A DNA stretch of 64,000 nucleotides from the human T2T-CHM13v2.0 reference genome, Homo sapiens: the NCBI RefSeq assembly GCF_009914755.1, contig NC_060941.1; one strand, given 5' to 3'. Shown in pieces: positions 1 to 13,464 of the stretch; the first letter of the stretch is position 1; every line of letters begins with the position of its first letter. Under the pieces are notes generated by a model that did no database searches, had not been told where the DNA came from, and saw only the letters and a list, made by a program, of their open reading frames with translations. The position numbers were made by a program, and so were the translations under genes.

Positions 1-1109
1 TGATGAGAGTCCCCTCCTTGCCAACCAACATGTTGACCTATATTCCAGGACCTGGATGGCTCCCTAGTTTTCCAAATCATTTACTCAAGGGCCCTCAAAC
101 CCCTTCTTCCCATTCAATTTCCTCATTACTCCTTAAAAGTGATAGTCTAAGAGGTGCCTTATCTTGGAGTCTTTATGCCTGGCACAGCTCATAGAAGCAC
201 AACATAGACTATGTGGTATGGTAGAACTAGACCTGGCCTGTGAGGTGCCTGGTGCTAAAATTTAGGACAAACCCAATGGTAGGTGCTGTTGGAGGAAGAA
301 GAGTCTGGCAGGAAGAACATAAAACCTGGTGGATAGCACAGATATCATCCTGGTGGTGCTTAGCATCGGGGAGCCCCATTCATTGGGGACAGGTTGCCCC
401 AGCCCATGGACAAAACTCTTGCTCCATAACTGCCCACACAGACGAGCTAAGTTCACATCTTCACCATCATCAAGGTGGTCTAGGTCAGCTCAGCCAGGAG
501 GGTTCTCCCCACCACCCTTCACAGTCCTCTGATTCTACCCGGAAGCTAAGGAGCAAATAATTTTAGCCCTTTCTTGGTGGAGATGGCAACGGCTGGATCC
601 TAGCTAAGGTATCAGAGGTGTCAGTGTCAAAGGAATGGCAGAATGGCCTAAACTTACCCTATGGTGATAAAGTCATTAAGAAAGGAGGCAGGAGCTAGAG
701 AGGCCTTCAATTATTTTTCATCTCCCAAGCTTTCTGTGGAAACCCTTGGTGAGATCCTTATTTTCTTCGACAAAGGAGTTTTGGGAATGAAGTGGAAAAG
801 AATAGAGTCTGCCTTCACAAGAACTAGTTAAACAAGTCTTTGTGGAAGAGAAAAATCGTCAGAGGAGGGTGAACCCAGACTCAAGTCAGGAGAGCTTGAA
901 AAAACACACAAAAACCATGTTGTCCACAACCTGAAGGGCTTCTGAGCTGTCGTGGGAGCAAGAAGAATCTGCCAACTGGAGCGGATGGTGACATGGGACT
1001 GGGTGGTAAGGAGGAAGCAGAAACACCTCACCTCTTCACTGAGTTCCAAATGTCTGTATCACAGAGGACGGTCTTCAAACACAAAAGGGTCAATCAAACA
1101 CAGTTAAGA

Positions 1110-1960
1110 GAGAATAGATCCATTCCTGGAATTCTGTCTAAAGGAAGGAATCTTCAGTAGGAAAAAAGGCATGCACAAATTATTGCAGTGTTGTTTAATG
1201 AAAAATTGGAAACAAATAAAAGGAAGGCCCCAAACAAGAGACAATTTAAGCAATCTACAGAGCGTCCAGTCTATGGACTCTTACAAAGCAATCAAAATGC
1301 CTCCAGACTTTGTAAGAGCCTGGAAACTACATGCTGACATGTTAAGTAAAAAATAAATAAACAGGCCGGCGCGATGGCTCACGCCTGGAATCCCAGCAAC
1401 TTTGGGAGGCCGAGGTAGGCGGATCACCTGAGGTCAGGAGTTTGAGACCAGCCTGGCCAACATGGCAAACCCCCAGCTCTACTAAAAAAAAAAATAAAAA
1501 ATTAGCCAGGCATGGTGGTGCACACCTGTAATCCCAGCTACTCAGGAGGCTAAAGCAGGAGAATCGCTTGAAACTGGGAGGTGGAGGTTGCAACGAGCCA
1601 AGATGGCGTCACTGCACTCCAGCCTAGGTGACAGAGCGAGACTCCATCTCAAATAAATACAAACATGCATAAATTATTAAATAACAGGAGGTAAATTTGC
1701 TTAGACAGTTCACACTCTATTATGAGCATGTACTACTTTTTATTTTATTACCTTTATGTGAGAAAAACTGTGGCATATGATATTTTGAAAATCTTTATAA
1801 GATATATTTAAATTATATTATCATATGTTTAAGCAGTCTAACACAGACTACACCTAGAAAATAGGTGGAGGGTACACTAAATTATAAGTCAGGTAATGTC
1901 TCAGAGGTGGATATTTCCTAAATTTTCTACAAAGAATACATCTTTATTGTATTATATTGG
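1110..1960 (+). mobile_element. Old L1 (L1M-type) 3' region fragment, interrupted by an Alu
   Basis: Degenerate L1 3'-end phrases (attcctggaattc..., aaaaattggaaacaa, atgttaagtaaaaaa) on both sides of the Alu at 1364. Confidence 0.5.
1364..1664 (+). mobile_element. Alu (AluS-like), full length
   Basis: GGCCGG.. start, both arms, A-rich linker and tail. Confidence 0.95.
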
Positions 1961-1989
1961 GGAAAAAATCTCAAAAGTTTTATTTCAGG

Positions 1990-2077
1990 AGAGAAAGAAG
2001 GAGAAAGGAAAGGAGGGAGAGAGAGAGAAAGGAAGAAAGGGGAGGAAGGAAGAAAGAAGGGGAGGGAAGGGAAGGGA
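1990..2077. repeat. Polypurine GA-rich low-complexity tract
   Basis: About 88 nt of only A and G (GGAA/GAGA units). Confidence 0.9.
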
Positions 2078-2589
2078 ATTGGACTCAACATATGTAAAGT
2101 CCGAGAAACTCTGGTCTTCTGAGTTCAGTTCTCCAGACACAAGATCCCAGGGCAAGAAGCTCGGGACAAGTACAGAACGCCTGGCAGGCAGGCATCTTTG
2201 AGGGATGATAGCAAGTGAAGAGATGCCGAACTATTGACAGCCCGTACTCTGAGTTTTAAAAGAAAACAAAACATTAAATCCCAGTAACAACAGGCTGGTA
2301 AGTTTGATAACAATCTCTGGTAAATTTCTAAGCATGAGGACTTACAGAAGGGAAAGGGGCAATCCCTAGAGGCCAGCATGAGTTCACCAAGGCTGAGCTG
2401 TGCCCCACTGGATTCCTGTCCTGGAGGGACAACTAAGAGAGGAGGGACGAGTAGGTGCCTTTGACAAAGGGCACAGTGTGGCCATTCGAGTGTCAAAGCC
2501 GCTCGGGTCCTGAATTAGAAGGTGAAGTGTTGCCTACCTAAGGTTCAGGTGCCGGGCAAGCAGGTGGGGCCGCTATGTCAGCTCAGCGG

Positions 2590-2850
2590 GCATCTCCGAC
2601 AATACCCCAAGGCTCAGCCCTTGACCTTGTCCACCTCAACCCTTTTCTCAGCAACTTGGATGAAGTCAAATGGAAGATGTGCTTATCAGATTTGCCGTTG
2701 ACACAAAGCCAGAGGGATTGTTAATAGAAAGGATGGCAGAATCAAGATTCAAAAACATCTTGACAGGTTGAAATAATAGGCTGAAAACATGTAAAAGGGA
2801 TAAATGTAAATTCCTGCATTTAGGTTTAAAAAAAATTTTAATAAACATCG
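2590..2850 (+). mobile_element. CR1/L3 LINE fragment (reverse transcriptase C-terminal region)
   Basis: Hand translation across frameshifts gives IPQGSALDLVHLNPFLSNLDE / DVLIRFAVDTK / RIKIQKHLDRL / DKCKFLHLG, matching CR1 RT motifs PQGSVLGP..FINDL..KFADDTKL..IQKDLDRL..DKCKVLHLG. Confidence 0.85.
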
Positions 2851-2984
2851 GACATGAAAAAGGAGGCTTAAAAGCAGAAAAGACAGCTAGGTAGGAGCCA
2901 GTGGGGCATGGTTAGTGTGCAGATCAAGGGAAGGCAGAAAGAAAAGAAAAGAATATTTGCTAAGTGTATCAGAAACTGTACTAG

Positions 2985-3405
<421 letters not shown>

Positions 3406-3439
3406 TATTTGCTGTAAATTATTGCACACCATGTCTATG

Positions 3440-3605
3440 GGCCAGACATTATCACTGAGCCCATTTTACAGATAAGAAACTGAGACTCGATTATATCATT
3501 AGCTGATTAAATGATTCATGTCAAGCTATTAAGTGATTCATATTAAGCTACAAAGTGATGGAGTCAGAATTGGAACTCACGTCTTCCTGTCTCCAGAGCT
3601 AACAC
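3440..3605. mobile_element. MIR
   Basis: Core cccattttacagataagaaactgag. Confidence 0.8.
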
Positions 3606-3639
3606 TCTATCCCTCCTCTGCTTTGGGAGTAAATCTTGG

Positions 3640-4050
3640 TTAATCTATGTTAATCACAATGATTCCTTTCTCCTCATCAGTAATGGTTTTCAAAATGGGT
3701 CATCATTTACCTCTTGCCAATGAGACATGGAGATAAATATGTTGGTGGAGTTTCCAGTAAAGTTTTCTACTTTCTTAAAAATAAGCCCAAGAAGCATCTG
3801 GCCCTGCTCCTCTTCCGCCTCTAAGTGTTGTCATCATGTAGGATCTGGAACTGCAGGAGCCATCTGGGCACCTCAAGAATCTGGCATTAGATGAAAAGCC
3901 AGATGTGGAGGATATGGGGTGGAGAGGCACTGACCTAACCAAGGCCACCCAGGGCTTCTCCTTGGGAGATGATCCATTTTCCTGACTGTTCAAACCCCTT
4001 CTGCTTGGGTTTTCTGTCAGACTCTACCTGTATGTATCCTGACTAATACC
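3640..4050. mobile_element. Old ERVL-class LTR (LTR33-like)
   Basis: Phrases gccaatgaga..., ggaactgcaggagccatct, gggttttctgtc resemble ERVL LTR33/LTR16 consensus. Confidence 0.5.
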
Positions 4051-4381
4051 CAAGGCTGAGTGAGTCGCCTCTGCCAGCCCTGGCAAGGCCACATTTGGAG
4101 TCCCACACACATCCATATACAGCTGGGCCCATGGGTTGCTTCAGCCCTGCAGGCTCAGACCTACCTCTGTTCCCAGGGCCCAAGGTCCCTAGGATCTACC
4201 TCCCTTGGCCCTGTGTGTGGGCTGGGGGTGGGGATGGAGGGTGTCCAGCCCTGTCCTCTGCTCTGTCTTGTTGAAAGGTCACCAGGCAGTGCTTTGCCCA
4301 GGCCTGAGAGATGATGACAGCATGTAGGGAAAGCTGTGAGCCAGAAAACAAGGGGAAAGTGTGGAGGTGAGACTTGGGCTC

Positions 4382-4485
4382 CATTCACTCATTTAACTAA
4401 GTCATTCACACACTTGTTTATTCATTCATTCAACAACTATTAATACTGTATATATTGAGCATCTAATATGTTTAAGTGCTCTGTC
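4382..4485 (-). mobile_element. L2 3' end
   Basis: cattcattcaacaa...tattgagcatcta. Confidence 0.7.
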
Positions 4486-4497
4486 CAAAGACTTAGC

Positions 4498-5030
4498 ACA
4501 AAGATTGGGAAACTTTTTCTATTAAGGACCAGTTAGTAAATATTTTCAGCTTTGTGGGCCATATGGTCTCTGTTGCAATTACTCAGCTCTGCCTTATAGA
4601 ACAAAAGCAGCAATAGATAATACGTTTTTAAAAGTGGGCGTGGCTGTATTCCAATAAAAATTACAGTTGTTCCCCTTTATCCACAGGGGATAAGTTCCAA
4701 GACCCCCAGTGGATGCCGAAGCCATGGATGGTACCAAACCCTATGCATGCTATGTTTTTTCCTATACATAGATACCTATGATAAAGTTTAATTTATAAAT
4801 TAGGCACAGTAAGCAGTTAACAACTAATAACAAAGTAGAATAATTATCACACTCTACTGTCATAAAACTTATGTAAATGTGGCCTCTCTCTCTCAAAAAT
4901 ACCTTATTGTACTGTACCAGAGGTAACTAGAACTGCAGGTATTGAAACTGTGGATAAGGAGGGACTACTGTATTTACAGAAGCAAGTGGTGGGCCAGATT
5001 TGGGCACTGTCTGTAATTTGCCAATTCCTG
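4498..5030. mobile_element. MER58A (hAT-Charlie), split by a Tigger MITE
   Basis: aaactttttct...aaatattttcagctttgtgggccatatggtctctgttgcaa...gtattccaataaaa | tttacag...gggccagatttgg...tttgccaattcctg. Confidence 0.85.
4664..4970 (-). mobile_element. MER44-like TcMar-Tigger MITE with TIRs and TA target duplication
   Basis: Imperfect TIRs cagttgttcccctttatccacag / ctgtggataaggagggactactg, flanked by TA at 4662-4663 and 4971-4972. Confidence 0.85.
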
Positions 5031-5229
5031 ACTTAGAACATACAGTTGGAGAAGGTGGTGGTAGATGCTATAGATTAAATAAAGCTTTGAATAGCAGCAG
5101 AGAATATGAATTTTATTGAATGGCTGATGGGAATTTGAAGAATGTTTATGCTGGAGAACAATGAGATCAAGGTGGGTGATGGAGGGATTGATTCAGCACC
5201 AGCTTCTTTGCCAGGCACTCATGATTCCT

Positions 5230-5816
5230 TCACTTACTGAATGAATATTTATTGAATGTCTACCATGTCCAGACACTGTCCTAGGTGTAGGGCAGACAGT
5301 GGTGAGCAAGGCAGTCAAGATGCTTATCTTTGTGGAGCTTATTCTCTCCCAAGTTCTCAGTGCTTTGTGATCTAGCCCACGCCTACCCTGCCAGCCTCAA
5401 ATTCTCCCACTCCCCACCCACTAAACCACTCAAAATTCCTGAATGTTCTTTCCCACTTCTGTGACTTTGCACTTGCTGGTGTCTCATCCTGGAATGCCTT
5501 CATTCCACCTTGTCCACCTGCTGAAGGCCTTAGAGCCCAGCGGAGTCTCCTCCTTGTGAAGCCTTTGCCCCCAGCTTTCCCTGGGAGAGAGTTGGTCACT
5601 CCTTCTGGGCTTCCCCCACACTTTGTACCCACTTTAGCTCAAGTGCTTCTCATGTGACATTGGAATTATTTGTCCATAAGCCTTTCACTTCTATAAGAGC
5701 ATGGGTTTCCCAGGGTGCTGCGTCCCCAGCACCTGGCAGAGGCCAGGCATATCAAAGTGGCCCAACAAGTGTTTGTTGAATGAATGAATGAATGAATGAA
5801 TGAATGAATGAATGAA
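5230..5816. mobile_element. L2 fragments ending in a (TGAA)n microsatellite at 5777-5816
   Basis: atttattgaatgtctaccatgtccagacactgtcctagg; ccccagcacctggcaga...gtttgttgaatgaatgaa. Confidence 0.8.
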
Positions 5817-8468
5817 AATATCTTTGGGAAAGGAGAGAGTTATGCCAGAAAAAAGGTGGGAAACCTCAAACCTGAGAAGAAGGATGTCTGCCATCTTAGG
5901 GATCTAAATGCTTAAAAGATGCAAGGGATTTTATTTACAGGCTTAAAACTCCTGTTGAAAATTATTTGTTGAGCGTGAACAATAATACAGTCTCTCCCTC
6001 TCTGAAACGCCATGGTGAGGGCTCCTTTGTCTGATAAAGGGCTGTCGGGAGTGACTGATGGGCTCCCGCCGGACAGCTGAAACCTCTACTCCTGACAGCA
6101 CGAGTGATAGCCGAGTGGAAGCTGACCCCAGCTGACACAGTCATCTTAAAATATCTCCAGAAGACCAACAATGAAGGAGTCTGTGATGTCAGGGCTCAGC
6201 TGGAGACCAGACCAAAAGGACCCCAAGAAATTAGCCCTGGGTGAATTGTATTCCAGGAAGCAGCTTAATATCCAGTCAGAATGAATGAAAGACCATCATC
6301 AGCAATATCAAGAAGCGTTTATTCAGCATGTATTGGCATGTGGTACTAGATTCAGTTCAGATCCAGATCCAGAGAATAACATAGACCCAACCGTTCTCCA
6401 ATGGCACCTTGCAACACACAAAGAAATGTAAGGATTCAGCCATTGCTATGGGCCTTTCTCGGTTACAAAGAGCTTTCAGCAGCACAGGGAAGGAAATAGA
6501 ACAGGTTTGAATATTATTTCCACTTCAGAGGTGAGGAAACCGAGGCCACTGGAGACCTCCCAGCACAGACTCAAGCCCATGTCCAGGGCTCATGCCCCAC
6601 CAACATGCCTGTTCAGGAAGGGACTCTAAAGACATGGAAAGGACAGTTTCTGCCTTTGGAAACCTATAGTTTCACAAGGAGCCCACAGATGTCAGGAAAG
6701 CAGAGCCACATTGGTATGTGCAGCAAAGAAACCAGTGTGCAGGAAAGGCATGTGCTTGTGGTTAGCAGAAGGCAGGGTGGTCAGGGACACCTTCGCACCT
6801 CCCCTCACTATGCCTCATTGCCCTCGGTGTAAACCAGGAATATTGCTTCCTTGCCAAGGAATAGCCAGAGAGGTCACAGTGGAGGCAGGAGTCCTCGGTC
6901 TAGTGGCTCCTGCCTCGCCACAGGCGTGCCGCAGAGCTGCAGGCAGACTGGAACCAGAGAGAGCAATCCTGTCACCAGATCCCGGCCTCACCATCCCCAC
7001 CGCAGAAGGCCTGAGTTCCCCGGGTGCCCCCTGCCCCAGCACCTCTTCCACAGGCAGTTGGCTTCCTGGAACCTCAGCGCAAAGATCTCTGCAGAGCCCC
7101 AGAATGGATCCACAGGGTTTCTCAGGGAAAGGGCAGACAGGCTGAAGCCTGAGAGTGCAGGGAACCCCCACCAGGCTAGTAAAGGTCACAAGGACAGAGA
7201 GGCGGCCTGCTCCAACAGACAGACAGAGCAACCGGGGAGAGGGTCCCTAAAGACTCGCAGATGGAAAGGTCTGTCCTCAGCAGTGCACTTGACTACAAGA
7301 CCGTCCTTCTCTGACTAGGACTTACGCTGAGGCTTTAATTATAGCTTGTCACTCATGCACCATCCCCGGGAGATGGCTGAGCAGGACGGCAAAGGAAATG
7401 AAACTCTCGCTTCAGATGGCTCATTCTGTCTGTCAGGAAATTTCAAACTCACAAACAGTAATATCCTGAATTGTGGCAGAGCAGTGCCTCCTGAGCGCTC
7501 AGCCTGCTCCCCGACCCAGCCCCTGCCTCCCGGTCCAGGCCCCACCAATGAGTCACTCCTTGCTGGGGTGGGACAGCTGCTGCCAGAGGCCATTCCTCAC
7601 CCGATCCCAGCCAGGCAAAGTGACTGACGCAAGGTCACCCAGCAGACAGTTGGTGGAGCAGGGAGAGCTGTGAGCATTGCATTGCTGTGAGCATAGCATT
7701 GTAGGTTCTTTTCTGACACTTCAGCATCCCAGAAGGGTAGGCCGCAGCCATGATAATAGGAACAGTTTGTGATCCTCTCTGTCTGCCAGGAGCTAAGGCT
7801 CTGTGTAAACCACCTCACTTAATCCTCTCGGCAGCCCTCATGAATTGGTTTGTAATTAGTATCCTCACTTTTCATGAAGAAAATCCAAGACTAGAGAGCT
7901 TGTTCAAGGTCACACGGCTAGAACCAGGTCTTGAACCCAGGTTGCCCAACACCGGAGCCTGTGCTCCTAAGCCCATACTTGTCCTTATACTTGGACCCGG
8001 ATAAGTAGGTGGCAAACCTGGAGTTCTAGCCATTCCCTTCTGCCAAGGGGCACAGATTGTTTCTGGAAGCATTCAACAAAGGGCATCCCCCACATGACAG
8101 AGACAGACTGTCCTTGAGCTCGGCTGTGAGTGTCAGGGGTAGAGGGGTGGTGTCCTTGCATCTGGTCCTCAAGGTTGGCCTGTTGCGGTGCTGTTGGCAG
8201 GGAGGGGAGCTGTGGCTCAGGCCTGGCTCCCGGCAGCTCAGCCATGAGATCTGTGCTCTCACTGGGCAGCTTCACATCTCTCAGTCCCTGGGTCTTAAGT
8301 GGGACATTTAGAATGGACTGGGGTTAGGCTTAAAACAGGACATCAGAAACTTGGGGCCAGTGTGACCCAGAGGAGCACGAGGCATGCCACACAGACCCCT
8401 TCCCAGCAGCAGGGCCCAGAGACCACTAGCCTCTCTGCTGGCAGTCTCCCTGGGCCACCTAGGAATAA

Positions 8469-9390
<922 letters not shown>

Positions 9391-11384
9391 CGTGGCATGT
9401 GTCTGTGGAAAGGCCTTGTGTGATGTATTGAGTCCAGTGGACTCGGTTCATTCATTCAGTGCCCTCTTTGTGCTGGCATTGACTCAAGGTCTGCGTTCTT
9501 CGTCTTGCTATTCCTCACCTCCCAGAAGGAAAGGTGTTACAGACGTCACTTTACAGACAAGAAAAACTGGGGACCAGAGAAGTTAGGCCATGCAGCTGTG
9601 AGGGTGAAGGTTTGCACGACTCCAAAGCCCACATGTCCCTATGCTGATCACGTGCTGCCGCTCACTCTTAACGGTTTTGTCCCTCTCCCTGCAAATGCCC
9701 TCTGATCAGCCAAGCACACAGACCCACCCCTGGTCCCATGAGGAGGCTGTGGAGCACTCCATCTGTGCTCGGGTGAAGGGTTAAGCTGCCTCCCCTCATG
9801 GGAGGGAGGGTGCTGGCAGCCCCCTTATGGCAAGGTCCGGTTCCTGGGAAATATGCTCAAGTGGTGCATTATAGTTTTATGAATCCAGCTCCTTCTGTTG
9901 TCCTGATTGAAGTACAGAATGCCTGGGGCAGGCTGCCCTCCTTCACAGACCCATTTGTCATGGGAATTGATTAGAAAAGAAAAAGGCAGCTTGATGGCTT
10001 GATTGCATTTGTTTGAGGCAGGAGGAGGACTGCCACCTGTCTCTGCCACCTTCGGCTTGGCCGGACCAAAGGAAGTGCCAGCTCTTTGTCCCAAAGCAAG
10101 AGTGCCCTGAGGAGTGCCACAGATGCTGGGGGGAGCTGGCGGGGTCAACATGGTAGGGAAGCAGGGTCTCCTGAGCCTGGGGTTTGGGGCAGCGATGTGC
10201 CCTCTTGGCCTTGGAGGAGGCGGGGACACAGAGGAGCATCTGCTCTGAGGCCACTCGCCAGAGGCTTCAGAAGGGGGCTGCTCTGCCTTCAGGGTCAGAG
10301 GCAAAGAAAGGGGGCAGCTTAGTCTGTTACTAAGCAGAACCTCCCACACCAAGTGGCAAGGGGGCAAGCCCCAGGAAATGGAGGGTAGGATGAGGGAGGG
10401 TAGCCTTAGGGGTTCACTGTCCCCACATCCAGACTGTCCCAATGTGGCAACGGAGTGTGCCACTCAGCTCCCCCCACTTCTGTGTGATTCACTGTGAGGT
10501 AAAGCTCAGACCCTGAGCAAGGCAGCCACGATGCTTGAGCCACCTGCAGGCAGCAGGGCTACATTTATCCGCAGGTCCTGGGAAAGTCACAATATCTCAG
10601 ACCATTGGACCCACCTCGTCGTTCAACAGAGGAGGGACTTGCCCAAGGGCACACAATGACACTTGGCAGAGCCAAGACCTGACCCACCTCTTGACTCCCA
10701 GATGAGGTGGCAAGAGAGAATGGGATCAACCACTGTCCTTGGCCATCAGGACTGTGAGGAAAAGAATAGCACCCCTTGCCAGGGTAAGCAGCTGAATTCA
10801 CCTTGGCCTTCAGCAGGGAGACCCAGGCCTCTGACAGTCCGTCCTCTTGGCCTCCTTCCAGCAAGCCCCTGTTTCAGGTTCTCACACGTCTACACCCTGG
10901 CCATTGCTGCTCCAGGGCTGAGAGGTGCTGCAGGGAAGGAAGGAGGGAGGAGGGAAGGGCAGGAGGAGGGCAGTCCGTGCCAGGAGACTCAGGGGACACT
11001 GAGATGGAAGAGCAGGCTTATTGACCCACCACATACTGGCTCGGATTTCCATATTCAGCACATACTGGAAGAATAAACTCATTGAGATGCCACATTGCTT
11101 TCCAAGACATCCCAAGAGGCACAGGGTTGGAAAGGCCTAAACAGAGCTGGGAGTGTTCCTCCACTGTGAGCAGAAGGCAGGAAGACACCTCCTCTGGGAC
11201 TGGCCAGCAGAGGCCTCACAGCTCCCTGCAGCCTCGGACACGTGGTGCCCTCAGCTGTCCCTGAGGTCCAGCAGAGCCGCCCGTGGAGCTCTAACTCCAG
11301 GAGATTGTGCACACATAAGGTGGATAGAGGGAACGCACTCTGGGGAAACAGGAACCCATCTTCCAGCTCTTACACACCTCTTCC

Positions 11385-11835
11385 TAGAGACTGCTGAATA
11401 TCTCCCATGCGCCAGGTCTGGGGATAGTTGGATGTGACTATAATTCAGAAACTTCTTCCAAAGGGCTTATAGTCTGATGATGCAGGTGACTGCAAACAGG
11501 TGACTGCAACATGGTGTTTAAAAGGCCGAGATGCTGGTAAGCAAAGGTGTTATGGAAATACAGGGCTTTTAGCCAGAAAGGAGGGTCAGGGCAGGAGGCT
11601 TCCTGCAAGAGCTGAGTCTGAGAGGACAGGGAGGAGTTAGCTGGTCTGAGTGGTGTGACCTAAGGCAGAGGGCAAAAGCAGCACTGGGCCTAGACACAGA
11701 GCTGGGAAACAGCATGTTGTGCTTGGAGGATTAGAGGATGGTGGTGTTGTCAAGCTCAGAAGGGGAGGCTAGGGAGGCAGCTGGGGCCAGGGCTGCAGAG
11801 CTCAGATGAGCTTCCAGGGCAAAGGGCAGCATGAT
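11385..11835 (-). mobile_element. L2 fragment
   Basis: gccaggtctggggatag..., ggaggcttcctgcaagagctgagtctgagaggacagggaggagttag, ggcagagggcaaaagca. Confidence 0.55.
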
Positions 11836-12284
11836 GATCAGAGTCTGGTCCCTATGGGGCCCATCTTCTGTGATCCTTTCCCCTTCCATGGGTGCTGTTC
11901 CTTTCCTGGCCATGTGCTGCCAGAGGGACCCCAAGGCTCCACCTGTCATGTGGCCCCATCCAATGTCACCCCTAGGCCCTGTAGGCCGAGTCTATGCAGC
12001 TCATCTGTCTCCCACCCACGGCCCCTCAGTCAGTCCATCCACAAAGTCTCCTCTTCACTTAAGGACACAGAACTCCCAAGGAAGGGAAGAGCCTGTAGCT
12101 GGCATCTGCTCCATGGGGCCCTTTAGATCCAGGGGAGAGATATGTGGACAGGGCACTGCCAAAAGTTAGACCCCCCAAAAGCATGGAGAAGGCCCACCAG
12201 GGGTTTGATGGAGATGACAACCTGAGAGCCGGCATTTGTCTGTTCCTGGGGCTTCCCACCCTGGCTGCACATTGCGATCATGAG

Positions 12285-12420
12285 GGTTGCTCTCCTGAGT
12301 AGCAACCCCTGGGCTCTCCCCAAACCAGTTAAATGGATTCTCAGGGTGAGTCCCAAGCATGGGCATTTTTAAAAGCTCCCTAGGTGATTCCAGCAGGCAA
12401 CTCAAGCTAATAACCACCAG
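12285..12420. mobile_element. MER5-like (hAT-Charlie) fragment
   Basis: gcatttttaaaagctccctaggtgattc. Confidence 0.6.
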
Positions 12421-12619
12421 TCCATACCAACCAACTCAGATCCCATCTTTCTTGTTATGCCTTCTTCCTCTAATCTCACAACTTCTATCTCTCCCACTGG
12501 CTCTCTCCTTCCACCTGTTCCTTCTCTTCTTCTCCAAGGCTGACCCCTCTGCTAAGCTCTGGATCTCATCTCCTCCCATCATCTGGGGAACCAGACTCCA
12601 AAGAAAACAATGATACTAA

Positions 12620-12875
12620 TAGTCATAATAATAAGAGCAGCAGTATTCATGGAGTGCTTAATATGTACCAGGCATATGAATGTTCTCATTTGGATTTTGT
12701 CCTCAGAACAACCCTTTACTATAGGTACTATCATTGTCCCTCATTTCAGAAAAAGAAACTGAGTTCCAGGGAGGTTAAGTATTAAATCATATAAGCCCAA
12801 GGCCCTGGCACTACTGAGCAGCAGGAGCAGGACTCACACCCAGGTGCCTGTGGCACTGACGCCTAGTCCTTAGCT
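12620..12875. mobile_element. MIR
   Basis: aacaaccct...taggtactatcattgtccctcatttcagaaaaagaaactgag...gaggttaagt. Confidence 0.8.
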
Positions 12876-13464
12876 GTCGTGGAGACCACCTCTCCATTGC
12901 TATCTTGGGCCTCCCTTGTCTGCAACCTCCATGACTTGCACTTCCTTGGCAGGTTGATCTGCCTTCATTCTCATTCTTTCCATGCCAGCCACTGAGTTAG
13001 CCTGCAAGTTCCAGAGCAGACACTGGGCGCTCTGTGTCCCTTGTGTCTCCACAAGGTATCCCCAGGTACATGCTCAGGGCAGGTGAGCCCTGGGCCCCCA
13101 GGGCTCTGGAAGGGCTTTGTTATAACCTGCTTACTTGTCAGTCATGCCAACCATATGGTGAGCCCTTCAAGGTAACACCTATGGTCTTACTTTTTAGGGA
13201 GGAGAAAAGGATCATCTGACTTAAATAAACTAAAATTTCCAAAAAATTCCACCGGCTTGAAAAATGCTCCATTGTACCCAGATGTCTATTTGATGCCTAA
13301 AGAATGCAACTGCTTGCATGTAGCCACTCCATCCACACTGTTTCCCCCTTGCCTATGGGGCTTTGTGCCATGAGGATGATCAGTAAGACATTTTTAGGTT
13401 TCTGCCCTGGTTAGAGTGAGAAGGAACCTGGCGGGGGGGGGGGTGTGACATGGGGCACAGCAGA

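Noticed and set aside
200-1050. Possible processed pseudogene or ERV internal fragment
   Set aside because: All frames contain stops and I could not recognise any protein or repeat similarity; tBLASTx or Dfam would be needed
5192-5210. TTCAGCACC, REST/NRSE left half-site
   Set aside because: The right half (GGACAG) is absent at the required spacing
6605-7318. Overlapping 138-155 aa ORFs on both strands
   Set aside because: Stop-poor GC-rich sequence open in several frames; no protein-like features
9825-10463. Longest ORF in the track (212 aa, minus strand)
   Set aside because: GTG start, Pro/Ser-rich composition typical of GC-rich non-coding DNA, no recognisable domain
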